Assembly (NCBI RefSeq): GCF_035084215.1
Contig: NC_090352.1
Coordinates: 20,832,001 to 20,896,000 of the forward strand
Length of the DNA stretch: 64,000 bases
Origin: Heptranchias perlo
Lineage: Eukaryota
Reading direction: 5' to 3'
Shown: positions 25,959-37,104 of the stretch, piece after piece
How the letters are laid out: each line of letters begins with the position of its first letter
How positions within the stretch are numbered: the stretch's first letter is position 1
Translations under genes and position numbers: made by a program
Notes under the pieces: model-generated
Told to the model about the DNA's origin: nothing
What the model saw: only the letters and a program-made list of their open reading frames with translations
The model's database searches: none

Positions 25959-27675
25959 GGCCCCGATATTACCAGGGAGGCGGGTTGGCAGCGGGGGGTT
26001 GACTGGGCGTGTGGGTAACCCACCCAGTAAAATCGGTGGGTTCTCCATGCAATCACGAATAAATTGAAGCCACTTACCTTGGCTTCCGGGTTTCCCGTTG
26101 GAAACCTGCACAGTGGGCGGACTGCGCACCCGCATCACAGGCTGTCAGCTGGAGGAGTCCTATTTAAAGGGGCAGTCCTCCAATGCTGCTTCTGCAGCAA
26201 ACAGCCAAAATTACAGCATGGAGAAAGGGGAAAGGCTGCTCCCAGGTTTAATGATGCCTCACTCCAGGTCTTACTGGATGGGGTGAGGAAGAGGAGAAAG
26301 ATCTTCTACCCGGCGGACAGGAGGAAGTGGCCTGCCTCTGCCATCAAGAAGGCCTGGCTCGAAGTGGCAGAGGAGGTCAGCAGCACCACCAACATATCAC
26401 GCACCTGGATACAGCGCAGGAAGCGCTTCAATGACCTAACTAAGTCAGCCAAAGTGAGTACACTTACTCATTCTCCTACACTCCGTCTTCCACATCACCG
26501 CCCCCACCCCACAACTCCTTCTGCACTGCCAACACTACTCTATCACATCACTCCTCACACCCACTCAAACCTCATCCTCAACTTACCTGCACTAACTCAC
26601 CTCGCCAGTACTCATCCCACCACTACCACTCAACCCAATCCTCATACAATCTCATGGCTCTGTCTCATACTCACCCTCTGCTGCATCTATTTCACGGTCA
26701 CCCTCACCCAACTTGCCACTACCTCTGCTGCAGCCACAGGGGATGCATCACGTATGAGTATTAGGAAGCGTAAGGCAAAGGTTTCATGAGCACAAAGGGG
26801 ATGCACAAGGGTGTTTGACGGTTTGTCATGTTTTTTTATTTATATTTGATTTTGGTTCAACTCACATTAAATATTATTATTGTCACCACGACTGCCACGT
26901 CTTGGCCGTTCTTGATTGGCTTGTGCAATAAGTCCCTTTCATGAGGTTCTCCATGAACACCCACACTTGATGCCACCCATTGGGTCACCCTACAGTGGGT
27001 GTACGTGTAGTTGCACGACTATTTTGTGCAGGTGCCTGTGGCGCAGCACTGTGTGGAGCTCCACGTGGCAGAGGTGGACGGCGTGCCTGGTGATGTTGCT
27101 CTTCCTCGGATGAAGTGATGAATGCAGCTATGGCGCCCCCCCACCATCCTGACGGTGTGAGTTTGAGAGGGTCCGCAAAGTAGATAAATGTGTTCGCACA
27201 GCAGAGTTTAGGGTATAAATTAATAATTTTGAGTGGAAAGATAAAGGTATTGCAGCCAAAACTTTGTCTGAAGTGACAGAGTGCCCTCCTGCAATAAATG
27301 AAGTATTCCCCCAACTGTCAAAAAATTCTTTGCATCTCCCACTGGCTGCTGGCTGAAACATATCTGCTCCAACGGGGAGTGTTTCCCACAGCACGGGAAA
27401 CAAGCTGAGGATCCATGAAAATTGCACCCCTGCCAAAATCTCCTGTCAATGAGGTCTGTCAAGTACCTCAACTAAGTAAATAAGTATTTAAATTATCATC
27501 CTGCCGGCTTTAATTGCTGGTGGGAGTCCCGCATGCGGGAGCTGCGTGCTCATCCGAACGCATCGCTGGGGAACCCGGAAGTGGGCAGGCTGGAGCCGGG
27601 CTCCGGACCCGCTCCGGGATTCCCCGATTTTACGAGCCCCCAACACACCTGCTCGGCCATCCTAAAATTGACCCC
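25959..27675. mobile_element. Internally deleted Harbinger transposon with a well-preserved Myb/SANT exon
   Basis: TAA on both flanks (25956-25958, 27676-27678); ends GGCCCCGATATT / AAAATTGACCCC; + strand KAAPRFNDASLQVLLDGVRKRR..KKAWLEVAEEVS..RTWIQRRKRFNDLTKSAK followed by GTGAGT at 26454. Confidence 0.85.
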
Positions 27676-27744
27676 TAAACCTTCACAGCATGAATGCATT
27701 GTTACATGCAGCCTCTCATTTTTCATTCTATCTCCTACTTCTTC

Positions 27745-28260
27745 CACATTGTAAACTTCATCCATGCCATTGTCACCTCAACGTTCAACTTCTGCAGTAC
27801 TCTCCTTACCAACCTCCTGAGTTCCATCCTATATAAGCTCCAGCTCATCCAAAACTCCACTGTCCACATCCTATCCAGCACTAAGTCTTGCTCCTCTATC
27901 ATCCTGTACGGGTCAACCTCCATTGACTCCCTATCCCCTAATGCATTGCATTCAAATTCCTTGTCTTTGTTTACAAATACCTCCACAACCTTTTTCCTGC
28001 TCACCTCTGCAACCTCTTACATCCACTTCCTCTGCTTTTTCACCTCTGGCCTCCTTTGCATCACCCTCTACCTTCAGTGATTGAGCATTCAGCCGACTTG
28101 ATCTCACCCTCTGCAATAATCTATCTACCTCTCTCCTCTCCGTCAAATGCCTCCTCGCAATGAACTCTTTGACTATGACTTTTGTGGCCTACCCTAACAA
28201 ATCTTTCACTGCTTGGTCTCTGTTTTTGTCTCTGCAAAGTAGTTGGGATGTTAAATTCAC
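27745..28260 (+). mobile_element. Degenerate L2 3' fragment
   Basis: FIHAIVTSTFNFCSTLLTNL..KLQLIQNSTVHILS (ORF 27694-28080) is the L2 ORF2 C-terminus. Confidence 0.7.
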
Positions 28261-28694
28261 TAAATCAGCTAATGAGCCATAAAAAGAACACTTCATTTGA
28301 CAAATAGTTGCACATGTTCACACCTTTTTAACCTTACAGCTCAGGGCTTGGGAGAATGACATTAAAAGTAGTTCTCTGCTGTCCTCAGCTTTACAAAGGT
28401 CTGGCAATTTATGGTCAAGGAGGGTGGCTGACAGCAAGAGAACCACTCGCCTTCAGTCCATAGCACTCTAATACTATAAAAGTACCTTAGTAAAGAATGC
28501 TGCTCGGTTTGTGTAACCTATGGCACTTCTTTGTTGGTTGGAATTATGATTAAAAATTCCAGACACCATTTTCTTAAATTAAAGGTTATTAGTTTCCAAA
28601 AATCATAATAATTCCAGCAATTAACAATAAGAACTAAGAATCATCAAAATTCAATAACCTTTGATAATAAACAATGTAATATCACTACCACTAG

Positions 28695-29830
28695 TAGGGA
28701 GTAGACCCAAGATGGCTGAAGTCTTTACCACAAAAAGCAAAGCAGCAAAAAGTGGAATGTATCAAAAGGCCAGTGTCAGGGCATTGGAGGGCATAGAATG
28801 GGATGCAAAACTGGAGAAGGTTGCAGAGATAAGGTGGGGTAAGTCTACGGAGGGATTTATAGTTGGACACAAATTTTAAATTCAAACCACTGAGGGATGG
28901 GCATCCAGTGTTGGTCAACATGGGTAGAGTGATGGGTGAGTGGGCTTACTGCTGTACCGAATCCAGGAAGCAGAGCTTTGGGCAATTTGGAACTTATAGA
29001 TATGGAGTTTGGAAGTCTGTCAAGGAAGTTTTCTGCAGGGCAGAAATTAGACGTACTGGCAATAGCGTGGCAGGAAAGTGGAATGGTACTTGTTTTCGTC
29101 GGGTTTCTGCCTCTTCCTCACTCCCATATGAACTTCTGATGGGTAGAGATGGGTGTTTCTTCCACCCAATCACCCTGATGTGACTTCAGTGGGAACGTCC
29201 AGCTAATCCTGAGTTTCTCCAGAAATTCTGCTATTTATACCTCTATAAAGCCAGCGGTAAACCATTGACACTCAAATGTGGGACCCATCTGTGAGTGAGG
29301 AACAGAAAAAAGATGTGAGTCACTTTCCTGTCCCCCACCCCCCCAACCCCCGCCTCCCCACCATGATGGAACTGCTCTGAAATCCCACCAGGTCCATGAG
29401 CAGGTACTCCATTAGCAGTGGTACTGGAGTGAGGCCCCACTCCTAATATTTAAATTACCCCATTCCTGGAAGTTGGGATGTGATCCCAATTAGGTCAGGC
29501 AGCTAGGATTAAATTCCGCACTGGGCACTCCCAATGGTGCAACTGTGCTGCTGGAATTTTCAGGCCAACCAGTTCAGAGGTGCTGAAGGTATGGATAGCA
29601 GTGGTGGGATTGAGGTAATGATAGAGATGGGCAATGGTGCGGAGGTGGAAGTAAGTGGTTTTGGCGATAGATAGATTTTGAGGTTTGAAATTCAAATCTG
29701 GGTCTAATAGAATATCAAAATTGTGTGTAGTCCAGTTCAGCCTGAGCAAAGAGTCAGGGTTGGGCATGCAGTTGATAGCATAGGCACAGAATTCTTGGCA
29801 GGGGTTGAAAATGATGGCTTGAGTTTTCCT
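28695..29830 (-). mobile_element. Degenerate L2 fragments interrupted by a MITE-like segment at ~29030-29560
   Basis: Minus strand KSLRRLTPPYLCNLLQ and DPDLNFKPQNLSIAKTTYFHLRTIAHL..IHTFSTS are L2 motifs. Confidence 0.6.
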
Positions 29831-30489
29831 ACGTTTATACCTTGAGAATCTTATTTTTTAGCAGGTTTCACTTTACTCCCCAGCTCAATAATTTTAACTA
29901 AATAGCACTTGACATCTCAGAAAGTTTGAGCATTTCAGCATTATTAACTCTAAAACCTCACAATACGTAATTATCAACAAGTCATACTTTTGAAGTTAAG
30001 GCCATCTTGACCTTGATTCATAATATCACCACCAGGTTTCACCCACCACTGTGCTTGCTGCTCCTCTCTCTCAATGCCACTCCTTTTTTGGAGCCACTGC
30101 CTGTCACAACATTGGCTAGTGCATCCCAGTTGTAAACATCGGCTTTGCTCCTCTCTAAGCTCTGATCACACTTCCACTAATACCAGTGTCGCACCCTGCT
30201 GAATGCTGGTCAGACTTCCTTGAGAATCCTGCTCCCACAGAAAATGACAGTCCCGCATCAGACCTCCTTGTAAATATTGTCTCCACTCCTCTCTAAACTT
30301 CAGTCCTTTTCCCTGCTAATGCCAGTCCTGCTCCCTTGAAAACTCTGCTTCTACAGAAAATGGCAGTTCCCTCTCCAAATGCAGCACCTATGACTGATGC
30401 TGCTGCCCAATCAGACAGCTGTGGTATTATCAATCATGTTGAACGGGCGAAGAGCTGCACTCGAGCGACAGGAGAGCTGCATTTGACTT

Positions 30490-30745
30490 GTAAGCTGGCC
30501 TTGCTGTGCTTTATAAATGCAAGTTGTTGCTGCCTAGGCCCTAAGGTCTGGAATACCCTCCTTAAATCTCTCCGCCACTTTACCTCTTTCTCCTCCGTTA
30601 AGATGCTCCTTAAAACCTACCTCTTTTGGTCACCTGTCTTAATATCTCCTTATGTGGTTCAGTGTCAAATTTTGTTTGATAACGGTCCTGTGAAGCACCT
30701 TGGGACATTTTACTACAGAAAAGGTGCTATATAAATGCAAATTGC
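30490..30745 (+). mobile_element. L2 3' tail, with a second tail stub just upstream
   Basis: CTGCCTAGGCCCTAAGGTCTGGAA...GCACCTTGGGACATTTTACTAC..GGTGCTATATAAATGCAA. Confidence 0.8.
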
Positions 30746-30794
30746 TATTTTTCTTGATCATAACACTGTCCAACATCTTGCTGTCTTTGATCAG

Positions 30795-31187
30795 TGTCAT
30801 TTTGGCTCAGCTGTTAGCCTCTGAGTCAGAAAGTTGTTGGTTCAAGCCGCACTCCAGGACTTAATCTAGGCTGACACCTCATAGACTGCTGCCTTGCCAG
30901 AAATGCTGTCTTTTAGCTGGTCTCTGTTCAGGTGGACGTAAAAGAGCCCATGGCACCATTTGAAGAATAGCAGGGAGTTTTTCTGGTATCCTGGCCAACA
31001 TTCCTTCCTCAACTAACACCGCCAGAAAAGATAAACTGGTAAGTTATTTTATTGCTGTTTATGAGACCTTGTTGTGCACAAATTGGCTGCCACGTTTGAC
31101 TACATTTCAAAACCACTTCATTGGCTGTGAAGTACTTTGGGATGTCCTGAGGACATGAAAGGCACGATATAAATGCAAGTTCTTCCT
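30795..31187 (+). mobile_element. Deu-core SINE (SacSINE1-like)
   Basis: A box TGGCTCAGCTG, B box GGTTCAAGCC, Deu core and TATAAATGCAAGTTC tail; homologous to 17815-18262 in the opposite orientation. Confidence 0.8.
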
Positions 31188-31849
31188 TACAACAACCATC
31201 AACATGAAACTGATGTGATTGTTCAGTACTTTGCACCACCCAACATTATCCCACTGCTCACATTATAGGACCATCTTCAGCACCACCAACTGAGCATCAG
31301 AGCATTTCCTTTCTTATCAGTCAGCAACACGGGAAGAAGTCTATGTTAGAGGATTTCTGCACTTCTTTGAATGATATTTCGCTAAGATGTAGTTAATATT
31401 CCGTGTCACTGATAAGCTTGGAAACATCTGCCAATTTTTTTTAAAGCCTTGACAGTTCAATAACATTAAAATGCAGCTATTTAACTTGCCCAAGGCTTCT
31501 GCAGTATGCATTGATTTAATGCTTGAAGCAGAAACTGATCTCTGCGCACAAAACTGATTTGCATACATTTGCATACAGAGAAGCAATAATGAGAACATGT
31601 TTCCGAAGTATGCATACCTGGCCTGCATAAAAATTGTAGATGGGCCGTTTAGTAAAATATTTATATCATGAAAGGCTTTATTTACTACCAGTGCAAATGA
31701 TTTCCATCCTATCATAAGAATAACAGTGTCATTAATTTAAAAGTATCCGTTCTGTGCAAGAAAAAGGTTAAAAACACTTGTGCATTATTAGCTGCGATTA
31801 CTGATAGCTAATAAAAATCTAAATGAATGAATTTTAAAAAGTCTTAGAA

Positions 31850-32741
31850 ATACTCAGCTGATTACATGCTTCTGTCAAGGAGCAGTAATCGCAAGGAGCG
31901 CTGTTCTGAACATTGCAGGCATCGATTTTCCATCCACTAATTTCAGTGATCAGAAAATCAGGGGCTGCAGGCCCGCAATTTCTTGACTAGCATAGCCTGT
32001 GGGTGCTGCTCCCTGCTGCGAGCACCCGATCAGGAAATCAGCACTACCAGTCACATTTTGTTCAAATTTGTCTAAATTTCCTCGATCTGACTTGCACCAA
32101 AATTTACTCCAGTTTCTATGCCGATCTTACCAATGGCAACTTATGCCTAAATTGCCTGAGAATCTCATTAGTATACGCCAGACTGCTAAAGCCAGCGTAA
32201 AACGAGCAGAAATCAGCGTAAACAACCGGGGCCTGAGAAAAGCACGGATCATACGCTATCGTCTTACTTGAAGCCCCTCTTTATCTTGATGCTATGAAAA
32301 TGAAAGATTGACGCGATCAAACCATCATTTATGCACATTAAGCGCAGTAGCCTGGAACTTCCTGCACATTTTCGCCCAGAAACACACATAATGGAGGCGT
32401 AAAGCAAATACGCAGCCTAAAAAAAAATCACTATAAATTCATTATAAGACACTAGAAATAGGAACTTCGGGGTCATGCTGCATCTAAAATTTTGGCCGTA
32501 AATGCAGGAAACATGAATTCTCTAGTCTTTTGCGTGGCGGCAGAATTATATTAATGAGTTAAGTGGGGTTTTGACAGACATAACTTTGGAGCCATGCAAA
32601 TGGTTAAGGAAATTCGTGTGTAACAAGGTTCTGCCATAAAACCAGCATAAGTCACTTACCCGCAGATTTCCTTGGAAAAACGTGGTGCAATGTGGCTCTT
32701 ACGCCAATGTTGCACCAAAAATTACAAGGAAATTTCAGGCC
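31850..32741. mobile_element. Probable non-autonomous DNA transposon fragments (Harbinger-like)
   Basis: CpG-richer block; GCCTGGAACTTCCT at ~32350 and AGGAAATTTCAGGCC at ~32727-32741 form an imperfect inverted pair. Confidence 0.4.
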
Positions 32742-33392
32742 TATGAATTGCTTTCCAAACTAAGTTGTATGGTTGTGCATTATTATTTTTTATCGTTATC
32801 TTATAGTTCTTCATTGCCGCTGTCATGCATTATTTCCTATTCAGGAAGATGGGTAGATGACCCATTCCAGGGCTCTGCCATTTCTATAACATAACTGGAA
32901 GTTGAGAACAGTAGCCCTAAGTGATTCTCTCACCAATTTCTCTCCCTCAAAATGTTTAATCTCTACAAGGTGCCACTACCAGACAGACCTGAGAGAGTAA
33001 GAATTTGCTGTGTGTTATAAGGTCTTTATTAATTAGTTTTAAGTTTTAAAGATGGATCTGTCAATTACTGAACTGGAACGGTCCACATTTCATTATGCAG
33101 GCTTCATAATTAGAATTGAGGAATATAGAGTGAAGGAAAGGGCTAACTTTGCCCCTTTGGACGTTACATTTGGACATTGTAAGTTTAAACTATTGTGGTG
33201 TGTAAATTGAATGTCAAGGCCCTAATGGATTCCGAATGAAGCAGTGTGAAACTTCTTCCAATATGCTGCCTTGCTCCAGTGTTAGTCTGGACCATGACTC
33301 TGGATTCAGGCTTAATTTACAATATAACTGAAAAGTGTCCGTGCAAAGCAAAACCACTTTGCACTGATACTACAGTTGTAGCGTGAATGGAA

Positions 33393-33858
33393 TAGAATCA
33401 TAGAAAGGTTACAGCACTGAAAGAGGCCATTCGGCCCATTGAGTCCGTGCTGGCTCTATGCAAGAGCAATCCAGCTAGTCCCACTCCCCCGCCCTTTCCC
33501 CGCAGCCCTGCAAATGTTTTCCTTTCAAGTACTTATCCAGTTCCCTTTTGAAGGCCATGATTGAATCTGCCTCCACTACCCCCCTCAGGCAATGCATTCC
33601 AGATCCTATCGACTCGCTGTGTAAAAAGGATTTTCCTCATATCACCTTTGGTTCTTTTGCCAATCACCTTAAATCTATGTCCTCTGGTTCTTGACCCTTC
33701 TGCCAATGGGAACAGTTTCTCTCTATCTACTCTGCCGAGACCCTTCATGATTTTGAATACCTCTCTCAAATCTCCTCACAACCATCTCTGTTCCAAGGAG
33801 AATAACCCCAGCTTCTCCAATCTATCCACATAACTAAAGTCCCTCATCCCTGGAATCC
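33393..33858 (-). mobile_element. CR1 LINE 3' fragment
   Basis: PGMRDFSYVDRLEKLGLFSLEQR; EVFKIMKGL.RVDREKLFPLAEGSRTRGHRFKV; TTCTATGATTCTA tail. Confidence 0.9.
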
Positions 33859-34715
33859 TGAGGGCCCAAAAAAACCTAAGATTGACAAAATTGCAGTGAA
33901 GTCTTGCATTTACACTTTGGATACATAATTCATAGTAAACACCATGGCCCCAATTGGCATCATGACTCCTAGTAAAAAGAAGTACAACACATGTTTTTAT
34001 AAATGAGATCAAAAAGGAAGTGCTCCGATATTGATACATTTGAATTAGTTGAAGTCAAGTTCTTTTGTTCAGGTGCAAAAAGCAGCTTTACCTCAATTTT
34101 AAAAAGATCAGAGAGAGAAAGGCAGACAACACTAGACTGGGACCAAGACTAAGATCGACTGAAGCAGAAAAAAGTTTAGAAAAAGAAATTGTTTTTTCAG
34201 AGAGAAGTTTGACAATTATCATGTCAGGTGGACTGAATAACAAATGTTTTCAAAGTATAAATATGATAGAGTAACAGTTGAAGAGAATCAGAGAAGATCT
34301 CTGATCCATTGCAAACAAAGGACAATTGTGAAGGACTCACAGAGGACCAAACCTTCATACCATAATGAACATATTGTAGATAGGGACATAACCAGCATAT
34401 TGTAGAAAGAGATGGAAATAGTCAGAGAGAAGGATTCAATTTTGACCAATTATGTGATTATTTCTGGAGCAAAGAGATTGTAATCCTTTCTATTAGTACA
34501 ACAGACTTAAATAGAAAGCATATGATATTAGTAATGTTGCTATGCAAACTGAAAAAACTCCCTGGAGTGTAATTCTCAAAACCAAATACTGACCTATGCT
34601 ATGTTAAATTAAGCCCAGCTAAGATCGTACTTCTGTAATGCTGAAATGAATTATGCGTCATAACAAACTATTGAAACGGCTGTGAATATTATTTTGATAA
34701 TCAGGCTGCATGTGT

Positions 34716-35775
34716 CTATCCAGTCGCAGCCAGGGAATCACCTGCAATGGTTTCTCTTCCCGCTCTCGCACTGTTACTTCTGGAGTACCCCAAGGATCTA
34801 TCCTTGGCCGTCTCCAATTTCTCATCTACATGCTGCCCCTCTGTAACATCATCTGAAAATACATCAGGTTCCACATGTACGCTGATGACAACCAGCTCTA
34901 CCTCACCACCAACTCCGACAACCCCTCCACTGTCTCTAATTTGTCACACTGCTTGTCCAACACCGGATGAGCAAAAATTTCCTCCAACTAAATATTGGGA
35001 AGACCGAAGCCATTGTTTTCGGTCCCTGCCACAAACTCCGTCCCCTAGCCACCAGACCGTTTGCAACCATGACGTCCTTTTTGACCCTGAAATGAGATTC
35101 CAACCACATATCCACTCCATCACCAAGACCGCCTCCGTTACATCGCCCTGCCTCATCTCATCTGTTGCTGAAACCATCATCCATGCTTAATTACCTCTAG
35201 ACTTGATTATGCCAATGTTCTCCTAGCCGGCCTCCCATCTTCCACCCTCCACCCTCCATAAACCTAAGCTCCTCCAAAACTCTGCTGCCCATATCTTAAC
35301 TTGTACCAAGTCCCGTTCACTCATCACCCCTATGCTCACTGACCTACATTGGCTCCCAGTGGGGGAATGCCTCAACATTAAAATTCTCATCCTTGTTTTC
35401 AAATCCCGCCATAGCCTCGCCCCTCCCTATCTCTGTAACCTCCTCCAGCCCTACAACCCTTCGAGATCTCTGCGCTCCTCCAATTCTGACCTCTTGCGCA
35501 TCCCCAATTTTAATCCCTCCATCATTGGCGGCCGTGCCTTCAGCTGCCTAGGCCCTAAGCTCTGGAATTCCCTCTCTAAACCCCTCTGCCTCTCTACCTC
35601 TTTCTCCTCCTATAAAAGCACCTTTAAACCTGCCTCTTTGACCAAGCTGCGGTCTTAATATCTCGTTATGTGGCTTGGTGTCAAATTTTGTTTGAATACG
35701 CTCCTGATAAGCGCTTTGGGATGTTTTACTATGTTAAATGCGCTATATAAATGCAAGTTATTGTTGTTGTTGTTG
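34716..35775 (+). mobile_element. L2 LINE RT/3' fragment
   Basis: SGVPQGSILG, YADDNQLYL, LTDLHWLPV..KILILVFKS..GGRAFSCLGPKLWNSL; tail TATAAATGCAAG followed by (TTG)n. Confidence 0.9.
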
Positions 35776-35796
35776 TGGTGGTGTAGTCAATAAATA

Positions 35797-35933
35797 ATGT
35801 GGAGATGCTGGTGATGGACTGGGGTTGACAATTGTAAACAATTTCACAACACCAAGTTATAGTCCAACAAATTTATTTTAAATTCCACAAGCTTTCGGAG
35901 GCTTCCTCCTTCCTCAGGTGAACGGTGTGGAAA
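35797..35933 (-). mobile_element. Penelope-like pLTR fragment (single arm)
   Basis: Near-identical to 3817-3931 and extends through the complete hammerhead; no convincing TSD. Confidence 0.8.
35884..35922 (-). ncRNA. Minimal type I hammerhead ribozyme on the DOC2B sense strand
   Basis: Reverse complement reads TTCAC-CTGAGGA-A-GGAGG(AAG)CCTCC-GAAA-GC-TT-GTGGA (helix I with one G-U pair). Confidence 0.7.
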
Positions 35934-37104
35934 TATTAGAGATAAAACTCTACTTAAGTATTCTTTTCTTGATACCTCGGCTAAGCAAAGATTTAAAATG
36001 GCTTTCGACCAATGCTGCATTTTACTCAGGCTTTTGGCAAAATAATGTTTTTATAGTTAATGTTATTTAAATTGGGTAATATAGGACAACTCAAATAAGC
36101 CAAAAATAGCATCTTATATGAAGCCCGAGATACAATGCCAAATTCCAATATACATTCCCCCGTATTAATCGCAGATATCGTAACATTGGCACTTCCAGCT
36201 AATTATCCCCATCTAATCAGGTCCACAGTGCACATTAACCATTCCTACAGATTTCAGACCACACCACAAAGTGAATCATTTGATATATGACCAGGCATAT
36301 AGGATACTCATTTGTCAATGTTTCCTATCATCACCAATCTCCAAAATTTAATAGAGAGTGTTATTACAAACTGGCAAACAATACACTACAAATCAAATGT
36401 CCCAGTCTTTGCTGTCTCCAACGCCCCTGTAAGAGTAAGCTGTTTTTCAATCCAGATATCTCATTAAAGAATGCTTGAATTTCAAGGCATCTTGTCTGAG
36501 CCATTGAATTAACTGGGGGGGAAATCCACTGGGAGTAGAGGCAAAATTACAGGCAATTTGAAAGAAATGGAACCATATTTCCAAGCAGTGTGAGTGATCC
36601 CAATATACGTTTATTTTATGCAATGTGACATTATGGGGTCAATGCTGCGATCCCGGCTGCATTTTGCACCAGGACTTCTGATCCTGAGGCACTGGCTGCA
36701 TTTACTCCCAAATGAGTTAAACCATAAGGCAAGGTCGGTGTAACTATAATAAAAGATTTTTGTCACATCTTAGACTTGTTTTGATAGTGATAATTAGCTG
36801 CAAGAGCCAATGTGACAATGCCCACAACGAATACAGGGAAGTATAATATCGGAATTTGCTGCTGTATGTCTTAGGCTTAAGAAGAAGTAACTACTTGCAT
36901 TTATATAGCACTTATCAATCGTTTTGGTTCTCCATTCTCATTACAATATACAACTGTGACAATTTGCAGAAAATTCTATATTTTTGTTTGCGTTCATCAA
37001 AGTAAAGGAAGTCTGGCTGAAAATGGGACATTTTCTATTTCTGTCACATAGTGTCAGCATCAAACATTATCAAGTCAAGAAAAGTACAGGTTAGATTCAG
37101 AGTA

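Noticed and set aside
30030-30370. Possible further Myb-like Harbinger remnant on the minus strand
   Set aside because: Too degenerate to support by eye.
31276-31296. RE1/NRSE-like site TTCAGCACCACCAACTGAGCA
   Set aside because: Only the left half matches; the required GGACAG half is absent.
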